A stretch of DNA of 64,000 bases from Spirochaetia bacterium. GTDB taxonomy: Bacteria > Spirochaetota > Spirochaetia > SZUA-6 > Bin103. The position numbers and the translations under genes were made by a program. This document shows positions 22,540-30,620 of the stretch, piece by piece. The stretch's first letter is position 1; each line of letters opens with the position of its first letter. Below the pieces are notes generated by a model. It saw only the letters and a program-made list of their open reading frames with translations, made no database searches and was not told the DNA's origin. The stretch is taken from positions 896,001 through 960,000 of the forward strand of contig OZ241907.1 of NCBI GenBank assembly GCA_965203515.1. Direction: 5' to 3'.

Positions 22540-22636
22540 CGGCGGCAGGGAAGCGGCGTCCATTGCGCACGCGCCCGCGAAACCGGAGGCCCTTGCGTGC
22601 GGAACGCGGCGGTGGACGAGCCCGGAACGGCAGGGG
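22540..22636 (-). repeat. 97-nt element downstream of rpn stop (second copy)
   Basis: Identical to 21973-22069. Confidence 0.85.
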
Positions 22637-22893
22637 TCAACGCGGCGCGGCTTGGTCCGACCCGTGGGAGGCGTCGCGTTTGAGGGTGCGGTGGGTCTGC
22701 TCATCGATGCCGGTGGCGGATTGGATCACCGGCCACCCGACCCCGGCCCGGAGGAACCCGTCGATGGTCACCAGCCGGCCCCGCAACTCACCCTCCTGCC
22801 GGCCTTCCTGTCGGCCCCTCAACTCGCCTTCCCGGCGCAGCATCTCGCCACAGGTCATCAGATCACCTCTCAGTTCCGGCGCCATGCGCGGCA
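22637..22893 (-). CDS. stand-alone rpn C-terminal cassette (putative orphan RpnS, ATG at 22858)
   Basis: Duplicate of the rpn 3' end joined directly after the copy A stop through TGA microhomology. Confidence 0.65.
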
Positions 22894-23835
22894 TCAACGC
22901 GGCGCGGCTTGGTCCGGCCCTTGGGAGGCGTCGCGTTTGAGGGTGCGGTAGGTCCGCTCGTCGATGCCGGTGGCGGATTGGATCACCGGCCACCCGACCC
23001 CGGCCCGGAGGAACCCGTCGATGGTCACCAGCCGGCCTCTCAATTCGCCTTCCTGCTGGCCTTCCCGGCGCAGCATCTCGCCACAGGTCATCAGATCACC
23101 TCTCAGTTCCGGCGCCATGCGCGGCATCAGCTCATCCAGCGTATCCGTCGGCCCGGTCTTCACAATGTACTCCATGAACGCCCGGTAGTAATCCACCCCG
23201 CCGCCCGCCGACTCCCGTCTCAACTCCTCCAGCAGCGGCGCGATTCGCTCCCGCGTCTCACCCGGAGCCTGCTCGAAGGTGTGCATCATCGCCAGTTGGA
23301 GCAGCCGCCCGCGCAGCGCTCCGGCCACGGCCGCCGGCGCCACTTGGGTCTGATCGAACAGCAGGTGGCCGAAGCGCGGCACCCAGGGTTGGCCGCGCAG
23401 CGCCGGCGGGAAGGACTCCGCCAGTTCGGTGGCGTAGCGCCAGCGGCGCTTGCCCTGGTAGAACACCAGCGGCAGCACCGGGCGCAGGAACCGCTCGTTG
23501 GGGTGGGCGCGGCGTCCGGCCTCCCAGATGCGGCAGCAGTAGCGCAGCAGGCGCAGCGCGATCCAGCGGTCGGGGCGGGACTGATGTTCGAACAACAGGT
23601 AGAGCCACTGCGGCGGCGCGGCGGCGGCGGTGCGGACCTTGAACAGCAGGTCGGAGACGGAGCCGCGCAGCTCCTGGTCGACGAAGGAGCCTGGGGCGCG
23701 GCGCAGGGAGGACCAGAGGAAGCGGCGCCGGAGGGAGTCGGGCAGGCGGGCGCGGAGGAAGGCGGCGGTCTCCTCGGAGTCGGCGAACACCAGACGGAAC
23801 AGGTGATCGTGGGGCTGACGCAGCGGCAGTGCCAT
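22894..23835 (-). CDS. Rpn family nuclease/putative transposase, full copy A (putative internal RpnS from 23091)
   Basis: Highly similar to copy B with a shorter C-terminal repeat tract. Confidence 0.9.
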   Translation of the reverse strand: MALPLRQPHDHLFRLVFADSEETAAFLRARLPDSLRRRFLWSSLRRAPGSFVDQELRGSVSDLLFKVRTAAAAPPQWLYLLFEHQSRPDRWIALRLLRYCCRIWEAGRRAHPNERFLRPVLPLVFYQGKRRWRYATELAESFPPALRGQPWVPRFGHLLFDQTQVAPAAVAGALRGRLLQLAMMHTFEQAPGETRERIAPLLEELRRESAGGGVDYYRAFMEYIVKTGPTDTLDELMPRMAPELRGDLMTCGEMLRREGQQEGELRGRLVTIDGFLRAGVGWPVIQSATGIDERTYRTLKRDASQGPDQAAPR

Positions 23836-23941
23836 CACGCATTGATATCGACGCGGCGTCAGCGGCGCTTTTCGGTGCGTGGCGACGGCGAGCCGTGCGC
23901 GGCGGAGGAGCGCTGGTCGCGACTGGATCATCCCGGCGCAG

Positions 23942-24055
23942 ATGGAGGGTGGACGGATGCCCGTGGCGGATCGACTTCTCTTGCGCCGCGTGCCGGGACA
24001 CCTCGGCGATCGGAAAGTCGACCTCGGCCAGCCGCCGGCACGCTCGGGGAATCAC
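23942..24055 (-). pseudogene. N-terminal fragment of a DUF1156-type DNA methylase
   Basis: IPRACRRLAEVDFPIAEVSRHAAQEKSIRHGHPSTLHL, broken where WWARRP is expected. Confidence 0.8.
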
Positions 24056-24170
24056 GATACGACGATCGCCGCTGCGATTACCGGTGATAGCCTATTCCTT
24101 CTCTCGTCGCCGTTCCCGTCCTTCTACCGGCGCAATGGTGGTATGCTGTGATGGGAATGGAGGAGAGCCC

Positions 24171-24977
24171 ATGGCCAGTCCGCTGCTCGCACCTGCCAAG
24201 GTGCACTACCCGTCATCCGACGGCAAGCCGATGGCGGAAAGCGATTTTCAACGCACCCCGCTGATGTACGCCGTCGGACGGCTGCGGCGCCACTTTCGCC
24301 GCCGCCGCGACGTGTACGTCTCCGGCAACCTGCTGATCTACTACCGGGAGGGAGTTCCGAGTGCGGTGGTGTCGCCGGACGTGTTCGTGGTGCTCGGCGC
24401 GGGCAACCAGGACCGTTCGAGCTACCTTCTGTGGAAGGAGCCCAAAGAGCCTGACTTCGTGCTGGAGATAACGTCGCGGACGACGTACCGCGAGGATCAG
24501 GGACGCAAGCGTGAGGTGTACCGAACGCTGGGCGTGCGGGAGTACTGGCAATACGACCCGACCGGCGACTATCTGGAGCCGCCGCTGCAGGGCCTGGAGC
24601 TGAGCGCAGGCGAGTATCGGCGGCTGCCGGAGAGGGAGTTGGCGGACGGCACGCTGGCGCTGGCGAGCGCGGTGCTGGGGCTGGAGTTGCGGCTGACGGA
24701 GCGGGGGCTGCGCTTCTACGATCCGCAGGCCGGGCAGGAGCTGCCGGACCTGGAGGAAACCGACGCGGCGCGGGAGCGCGAGCGGCAGGGGCGGCAAGCG
24801 GCGGAGCTGCGCTTGGCGCAGGAGGCGACAGCCCGGCGGCAGGAAGCGGCGGCCCGCCGGCAGGAGGCGGCGGCCCGTGCGGCCGCGGAAGCACGGGTGG
24901 CCGAGTTGGAAGCCCTGTTGCGCCGGGAGCGAGGCAGCGACTCCGGCCCGGAGAGCGATGGAGCGGTACCATCGTAG
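24171..24977 (+). CDS. Uma2 family (DUF820) endonuclease, copy 1
   Basis: YPSSDGKPMAES, SPDVFVV, PDFVLEITS, GVREYWQYDP and a coiled-coil tail; GGAGG RBS. Confidence 0.9.
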   Translation: MASPLLAPAKVHYPSSDGKPMAESDFQRTPLMYAVGRLRRHFRRRRDVYVSGNLLIYYREGVPSAVVSPDVFVVLGAGNQDRSSYLLWKEPKEPDFVLEITSRTTYREDQGRKREVYRTLGVREYWQYDPTGDYLEPPLQGLELSAGEYRRLPERELADGTLALASAVLGLELRLTERGLRFYDPQAGQELPDLEETDAARERERQGRQAAELRLAQEATARRQEAAARRQEAAARAAAEARVAELEALLRRERGSDSGPESDGAVPS

Positions 24978-25012
24978 ATCCGGGTATGCTGTGGTGGAAT
25001 GGAGGAGAGCCT

Positions 25013-25771
25013 ATGGCCAGTCCGCTGCTCGCACCTGCCAAGGTGCGCTACCCGTCATCCGACGGCAAGCCGATGGCGGAAAGCGATTTTCAACGCACCC
25101 CGTTGATGTACGCCGTCGAACGGCTGCGGCGCCACTTTCGCCGCCGCCGCGACGTGTACGTCTCCGGCAACCTGCTGCTCTACTACCGGGAGGGAGTTCC
25201 GAGTGCGGTGGTGTCGCCGGACGTGTTCGTGGTGCTCGGCGCGGGCAACCAGGACCGTTCGAGCTACCTTCTGTGGAAGGAGCCCAAAGAGCCTGACTTC
25301 GTGCTGGAGATAACGTCGCGGACGACGTACCGCGAGGATCAGGGACGCAAGCGCGAGGTGTACCGAACGCTGGGCGTGCGGGAGTACTGGCAATACGACC
25401 CGACCGGCGACTATCTGGAGCCGCCGCTGCAGGGCCTGGAGCTGAGCGCAGGCGAGTATCGGCGGCTGCCGGAGAGGGAGTTGGCGGACGGCACGCTGGC
25501 GCTGGCGAGCGCGGTGCTGGGGCTGGAGTTGCGGCTGACGGAGCGGGGGCTGCGCTTCTACGATCCGCAGACCAGGCAGGAGCTGCCGGACCTGGAGGAG
25601 ACCGACGCGGCGCGGCAGGCGGCGGAGCTGCGCCTTGCGCAGGAAGCGGCAGCCCGGCGGCAGGAAGCGGCGGCCCGCCGGCAGGAGGCGGCGGCCCGTG
25701 CAGCCGCGGAAGCACGGGTGGCCGAGCTGGAAGCCCTGTTGCGCCGGGAGCGCGGCAGCGACCCCGGCTAG
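25013..25771 (+). CDS. Uma2 family (DUF820) endonuclease, copy 2
   Basis: Near-identical tandem duplicate with a shorter tail. Confidence 0.9.
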   Translation: MASPLLAPAKVRYPSSDGKPMAESDFQRTPLMYAVERLRRHFRRRRDVYVSGNLLLYYREGVPSAVVSPDVFVVLGAGNQDRSSYLLWKEPKEPDFVLEITSRTTYREDQGRKREVYRTLGVREYWQYDPTGDYLEPPLQGLELSAGEYRRLPERELADGTLALASAVLGLELRLTERGLRFYDPQTRQELPDLEETDAARQAAELRLAQEAAARRQEAAARRQEAAARAAAEARVAELEALLRRERGSDPG

Positions 25772-25772
25772 G

Positions 25773-27083
25773 TCAGGTCGGCGGGGTGGCGGTCGCGATT
25801 CCCTGCTCGACCAGCAGCTTGAGGAAATCGTCGGCCAGGTCGGCCGCGGCGCCTTCGGGGAGCGCCTCCCGGAACGCGCCGGCGCGCACCGGCGCGCCGC
25901 GCAGCAGGGTAGCCAGCAGCTCCATGCAGCGGCCGTCGAACGTCCAGCGGTAGCCGTTTGCCTGCAGCACCGCGGCGCCGTCGGCGCCCCGTTCCAGCGT
26001 CGCGTGCCGGGCGCCGCACAGCCGGATCTCGCAGCGTTCCCAGTCGGGGGACTGCCACGGGTCGAGATAGGGGCCGAGGCCCGGGCGCGGCCGTTCCGAC
26101 CAGGTAGCGCGCACGTGGTCGTCGAATCGCCGTTTCAGGTCTCCGTCCAGTTCCCTGATGAGCAGCTCCCGGAGCGCCGCGTAGTGGGCGCCGCCGGAGC
26201 GGTCCGTCGGGTGGGGAAGATCGCGGCGGAAGTGCTCGTGGCGGACGAGCCGGCCGGAAAGCCACTCCATGAAGGTGAGTCCGGTGTCCGCGGGACTGCT
26301 GCAGGTGAGGTGCACGCTGCCGACGCCGTCGGAGCCGTCGTCAGCCTGAGCGCGGGCGTCGTGCCACCACCCGCGCGGGAGGTAGAGGACGTCGCCGGCC
26401 CTGAGCATCCCGTTCCACACCGGCTCGCCCGGCGGCTCCGCGGGCGGTTCCGCATCCCGCGTCAGCGGAAAGCGCCGTGTTTCGCCGTAGATCTGCCAGC
26501 GCTTGGTGCCGGCCACCTGCAAGATGAACACGTCGTGGTCGTCCCAGTGGGTTGCAAAGCCGGGGGAGGCGACCCACGACGCGTAGAGGTTGATCACCGC
26601 GTAGCCGCCCAGGGACTCCTCAAGCGCGTCGGCCACGGCGCGGATCGGAGGATGGATCTCGTGGACGCCGGGCACGACGATGGAGGCGCCCTGGCGGAGC
26701 ATCGCCTGCAGCCGCCGGCCATCGAGCACGCTCGTATTACCCGGTGCGCCGCTCCTTCTCCAGCCGAGGCCGAACGGCGGCGTGGTGTAGGAGATGGTGG
26801 GGACGTTCCTGCCCTCCTGGACCAATCTCATCCGGGCGTACCATGCGTCCGAGCACAGCAGCTCGTTGAGCTGTTCCCAGGAGCACAGGGACGCGAACCG
26901 GGGCGCCTCCGCCCGAAACAGGACCGGGCGCTTGTCCCGGTAGCGGGTATCGAGGAACTTCTGCGTGGTCAGCGGCCGGACGAGGCCGGCGAACTCGGCC
27001 GGTTCGTGGCGCTCCGCGCCGGCGGGGAGCACCTCGACCGGCCCGGCGGCCGCTTGCGGAACGCGACCGCCGCGTTCACCCAT
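25773..27083 (-). CDS. JmjC/cupin_4 2OG-Fe(II) oxygenase (ribosomal oxygenase-like)
   Basis: NLY.S...PGFATHWDDHDVFILQVAGTKRW and GDVLYLPRGWWH (H-x-D...H triad). Confidence 0.88.
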   Translation of the reverse strand: MGERGGRVPQAAAGPVEVLPAGAERHEPAEFAGLVRPLTTQKFLDTRYRDKRPVLFRAEAPRFASLCSWEQLNELLCSDAWYARMRLVQEGRNVPTISYTTPPFGLGWRRSGAPGNTSVLDGRRLQAMLRQGASIVVPGVHEIHPPIRAVADALEESLGGYAVINLYASWVASPGFATHWDDHDVFILQVAGTKRWQIYGETRRFPLTRDAEPPAEPPGEPVWNGMLRAGDVLYLPRGWWHDARAQADDGSDGVGSVHLTCSSPADTGLTFMEWLSGRLVRHEHFRRDLPHPTDRSGGAHYAALRELLIRELDGDLKRRFDDHVRATWSERPRPGLGPYLDPWQSPDWERCEIRLCGARHATLERGADGAAVLQANGYRWTFDGRCMELLATLLRGAPVRAGAFREALPEGAAADLADDFLKLLVEQGIATATPPT

Positions 27084-27312
27084 CGTGTTCCTCTTCGACG
27101 CGCGCGGCCGCCGCGCGGTCCGGCCGCTTCGCCGCCGCGTCGGGTATGGCTGCCGTGTCGGGTACGATTTCGATGCTGATACGCGGAACGGCGCCGCGGG
27201 AGCTGCCGGCGGGCTTGATCCTGCTCAGGTAGTCGGCTTCCTGCTTGAAGGCATGGTGGAAGGCCAGGCACACCACCGGCGCCCCGCCGTGCAACAGGTC
27301 TCGTGCGTCCAT
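27076..27312 (-). CDS. small hypothetical protein overlapping the JmjC start
   Basis: GAAGGA upstream of ATG; stop overlaps the next start; no recognisable domain. Confidence 0.35.
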   Translation of the reverse strand: MDARDLLHGGAPVVCLAFHHAFKQEADYLSRIKPAGSSRGAVPRISIEIVPDTAAIPDAAAKRPDRAAAARVEEEHDG

Positions 27313-27437
27313 AACGTCGTCCTTCAGGGGCGTTCAGGCCGCGCTGGCCGGGCGGTCACCGCTGCAGTCAGCGAGACCGCTGCAGTCAGCGAAGCCATCC
27401 TCGATCGATCGGCTGCAGCGGAATCTCCGTCGGTCAG

Positions 27438-27800
27438 TCAGGAGGCGTTATGCCTCGGGCCGCCGTTGTAGACCGGGCCGTTGAAATCGTCCCAGAAGGT
27501 GATCGCGTTGTCGGTGCCGACGTAACCGGTACCAGTCCAGCGGTAGACTTGCCCGCCGGCCGCCGCCTCCATCTCGGACTCGGCGAGCCGCGCCGGCGGC
27601 GGCAGCACCAGGTGACTGGTGTCCGGCAGCGTCTCCTCATGCACCTTGACGGTGTAGCCGTCGGGTATCGTCACCCCCAGCTCATCCTTGATCGTGGCCT
27701 TCGGGTCGGCGAGCAACTGGGAGCGGAACGCTCCGTCCTCGGTCGCCTTCTTCACCAAGCGTTCCCGCATCTCGGCGACAGTCAGAACTTCGTCACTCAT
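27438..27800 (-). CDS. NHLP (nitrile-hydratase-like leader) RiPP precursor 1
   Basis: KA..D..FR.QLLADPK..I..ELG..IP....V.VHEE....HLVLP and AAAGG cleavage motif; 37-aa core; GGAGG RBS. Confidence 0.9.
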   Translation of the reverse strand: MSDEVLTVAEMRERLVKKATEDGAFRSQLLADPKATIKDELGVTIPDGYTVKVHEETLPDTSHLVLPPPARLAESEMEAAAGGQVYRWTGTGYVGTDNAITFWDDFNGPVYNGGPRHNAS

Positions 27801-27891
27801 ATAGGACACCTCCATAATGTCTGATGATGAAAGCATCGGCTACCGCCGGACGGCGTGTCAACGCTCGCACGCTCGATTTTCGAATAATTCT

Positions 27892-28836
27892 CTCTTATCC
27901 GGTATTTCCGTTGGCCGGCTCGCCGACGTGGCGCCGATCCGGCGCCAAGGTCGTGACCTTGACATCCGGCCGTCGGGACCCGATGCTGCCGGCCAGCGCA
28001 GGCCGACGAGGCGAAGGGCAGGAGCGGTTGGCACAGATCGAGATCGGCGATCTTCTGGGAGACTGGGACGGCTACGAAGTGACGGCCGTCGCGCGGCGGC
28101 GCGGCATGGTCGAGATCGAGTTGAACCCGGTCGCCGGGCGGCCGGGAGTCTGCACCGGCTGCGGCCAGGAGGTCGACGCCGTGCACGGGTACGAGCGGCG
28201 CCGGGTCCGCGATCTGCCGCTCCTCGGCGCGCCGACCAGCCTGATCCTGCGGCGGCGGCGGCTGGCATGTCCGCGCTGCGGACCGAAGCTGGAACGATTG
28301 AACTGGCTGGTCCGCTATGCGCGGGTGACCCAGCGGCTGGCCGACGACGTGGCGCAGTTGTGCACGGTGATGACGGTCAAGCAGGTGGCCGAGCACTATC
28401 GATTGGGGTGGGACACCGTGCGGGACCTGGACAAGCGGTACCTGCAGCGCAGCTTCGGGCCGGTCGACGTGCAAGGGGCGACCCAGTTGGTGCTGGACGA
28501 GTTCGTGCTGCTGGCCGGCAAGAAGTACGCCACGGTGATCACCGACGCGGTGACCAAGCGCGTCCTGTGGGTGAGCCGCGGGCATCGGCGTGAGAACGTG
28601 CGGCCGTTCTTCGAGGCGCTGGGCAGCGCCGGCTGCCGGGCCGTCAAGGCGGTCTCGATGGACATCAACAGCGCCTACGAACAGGAAGTGCGGCACCACT
28701 GTCCGCAAGCCAGAATCGTGTACGACCTGTTCCACGTCGCCGCCTCGCACAGCATGCGGAGCGAGCGAGCGGTCGCGCGCCGGAATCAGCCGGCCGGATG
28801 AAGTTGGAGCGCGCCCACGGAAATGCCGGATAAGCC
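27892..28836 (+). mobile_element. ISL3-family insertion sequence, internally deleted (~945 bp)
   Basis: Imperfect IRs CTTATCCGGTATTTCCGT (27894) and ACGGAAATGCCGGATAAG (28817); transposase with CTGCG/CPRCG zinc finger, LDE, SMD and YDLFHV, ending prematurely at 28801. Confidence 0.85.
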
Positions 28837-28950
28837 AAATCGATCGGGCGTTCGCTTGACGAGCCGCCAACGGTAGTCGATTATTCGAATAGACAGACGC
28901 CTGCCGTCGAAGCGCAGGCGCAGAGACTCAACGAGAGGAGGCGACAGACT

Positions 28951-29313
28951 ATGGATACCCCCAAGACGATGGGTGAACTTCGGGAGCACCTGATCGAGAA
29001 GGCGACCGTCGATGAGACGTTTCGCGCTCAGCTGATCGCGGATCCGAAGGCCGCCATCAAGGGCGAGCTGGATCTGACGATACCCGACGGCTACACCGTC
29101 ATGGTCCACGAGGACGTCGCGGACACCAGCCACGTGGTGCTGCCGCCGCCGGCGGCGCTCGCCGAGACCGATCTGGAGGCGGCGGCCGGCGGGCAAGTCT
29201 ACCGGTGGAATGCATCGAGGGGCAACTACGTCGGCACCGACAACGCGATCACCTTCTGGGACGACTTCAACGGCCCGACCTATCACGGCGGCCCGAGGCA
29301 CAACGCCGACTGA
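28951..29313 (+). CDS. NHLP RiPP precursor 2
   Basis: NHLP leader, AAAGG site and 39-aa core QVYRWNASRGNYVGTDNAITFWDDFNGPTYHGGPRHNAD; GAGGAGG RBS. Confidence 0.9.
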   Translation: MDTPKTMGELREHLIEKATVDETFRAQLIADPKAAIKGELDLTIPDGYTVMVHEDVADTSHVVLPPPAALAETDLEAAAGGQVYRWNASRGNYVGTDNAITFWDDFNGPTYHGGPRHNAD

Positions 29314-29340
29314 CCGGCCTCCCGACTGACGACGGAGGTT

Positions 29341-29391
29341 CCGCTGCAGCCGATGCGGCCGGGGATCGTTCCCGTCCGCCGGCTGCAGCGG
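29341..29391 (+). promoter_or_regulatory. stem-loop after the precursor (related copies follow the other two precursors)
   Basis: CCGCTGCAGCCG...CGGCTGCAGCGG 12-bp outer stem. Confidence 0.6.
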
Positions 29392-29411
29392 GAGACCGGC
29401 AGCGCCGTTTC

Positions 29412-30503
29412 ATGCGCAGACCGCCAGCGCCCAAAGCCGGCGCCGCCTTTGCGACGGTCCTGGCGGGGTGCCGCTCCCTGTTCCCTCCCGCGCTGCTCGG
29501 CGCGGCCGGTTGGGAGCGCCTCATGGAGCGGGCGCGGCGGCTGCCCCGGTGCGTGGCCGACCTCCACTTCGGCTTCGAGTTCCGCCTCGGAGCGTCGAGC
29601 CCGGCCGCCGACCTGTTCGTAGTCGTGCTCCCGGATTCGGAGCTGGCGCGTCACTACGTCCGCGAAGGCGCTTGCGCCGAACCGGGGTCGCCGGCCGCCG
29701 CTCTCGCGGCCGGATTGCGGGAACAGACCGAGAATCCGGATTCCTACCTCGCCCGCGGCGTGGCCGGGATGGTGTTGGAGTACGATCTGGCCGAGGTCGA
29801 GCCGGGCCGCCCGCCGCCGGCACCCGGCATATTCCTCACGCCGCGGCGCTCGGCCCCGGGGGCGCGGGCCGGGTTTCATGAACACGGCGATCCCGCCGGC
29901 CTGCTTGCGGCGCTTGCCGTGACCGCCGGCTGGAGCGGTTGCGAAGATGAGATCCCGAAAGTCGAGCGCATCCTGGCGTCGCTGCCGGACACCGGCTACC
30001 TGCTGCAGGGGGGAGCGCTCCCGGGGCGCTCCCCGAAGGCGTTTCGGCTCGTCATCAAGGGCGTCGCGAAGGGGACGGTTCCCGCCCTGCTGGAGCGGCT
30101 CGAGTGGCCCGGCCCGGCGGCCGAGGCGGCCGGCGTGCTCGCCGCGCTGGACGACCTGATCGCCTACGTCGCGGTCAGCATCGACGTGACCACGCACGGC
30201 CTGGGCCCGCGGCTCGGTCTGGAGTTGTACCGCCCGCTGAAGTGGTTCGCGGCCGATCGCACCGGATGGCTCCCCTTCATCGCCCGGATCGAGGAGCGCG
30301 GCTGGTGCCTGCCGGCCAAGGCTGACGGACTGCGGAGCTGGCCCGGCACCGAAGGGCTGCTCGACGACGGCGGGATGCGCGTCGTTCGCCAGGGGATCAA
30401 CCACGTGAAGGTCGTCATCGGCCCGGATGCCCCGACGTCGGCCAAGGCCTACGCCGGCATGGGCGTCTATCCCTACCGGAGCGCCGCCGACCGGTCATCC
30501 TGA
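29412..30503 (+). CDS. hypothetical RiPP-associated enzyme, possibly an ABBA-type aromatic prenyltransferase
   Basis: FGFEFRL..ADL, LEYD, PRLGLE and INHVKVV...AKAY motifs; directly follows the precursor; function inferred. Confidence 0.5.
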   Translation: MRRPPAPKAGAAFATVLAGCRSLFPPALLGAAGWERLMERARRLPRCVADLHFGFEFRLGASSPAADLFVVVLPDSELARHYVREGACAEPGSPAAALAAGLREQTENPDSYLARGVAGMVLEYDLAEVEPGRPPPAPGIFLTPRRSAPGARAGFHEHGDPAGLLAALAVTAGWSGCEDEIPKVERILASLPDTGYLLQGGALPGRSPKAFRLVIKGVAKGTVPALLERLEWPGPAAEAAGVLAALDDLIAYVAVSIDVTTHGLGPRLGLELYRPLKWFAADRTGWLPFIARIEERGWCLPAKADGLRSWPGTEGLLDDGGMRVVRQGINHVKVVIGPDAPTSAKAYAGMGVYPYRSAADRSS

Positions 30504-30516
30504 GGCAGGCCGCGCC

Positions 30517-30620
30517 GGCCCGATCGGGGACCGGCCCGATCAGGCGGCCGTTGGCCCGATCAGGGGGACCGGCCCGATCAGGTGGCCGTTGGCCCGATCA
30601 GGGGGACCGGCCCGATCAGG
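30517..30620. repeat. tandem repeat with ~38-bp period (six GGCCCGATC units) overlapping the ABC ATPase 3' end
   Basis: Units at 30517, 30533, 30553, 30571, 30591 and 30609. Confidence 0.8.

Noticed and set aside
20527..23941. Diversity-generating retroelement or retron explaining the rpn variants
   Set aside because: No reverse transcriptase in the window; variation is mainly repeat-number change, not adenine-specific.
27438..29313. Assignment to lanthipeptide, thiazole/oxazole, proteusin or spliceotide classes
   Set aside because: Cores lack Cys and the Tyr-Gly splice motif, and no LanM, YcaO or radical SAM gene is recognisable here.
30517..30620. Possible CRISPR array (also 39478-39556)
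   Set aside because: Short tandem units without unique spacers; no cas genes in the window.
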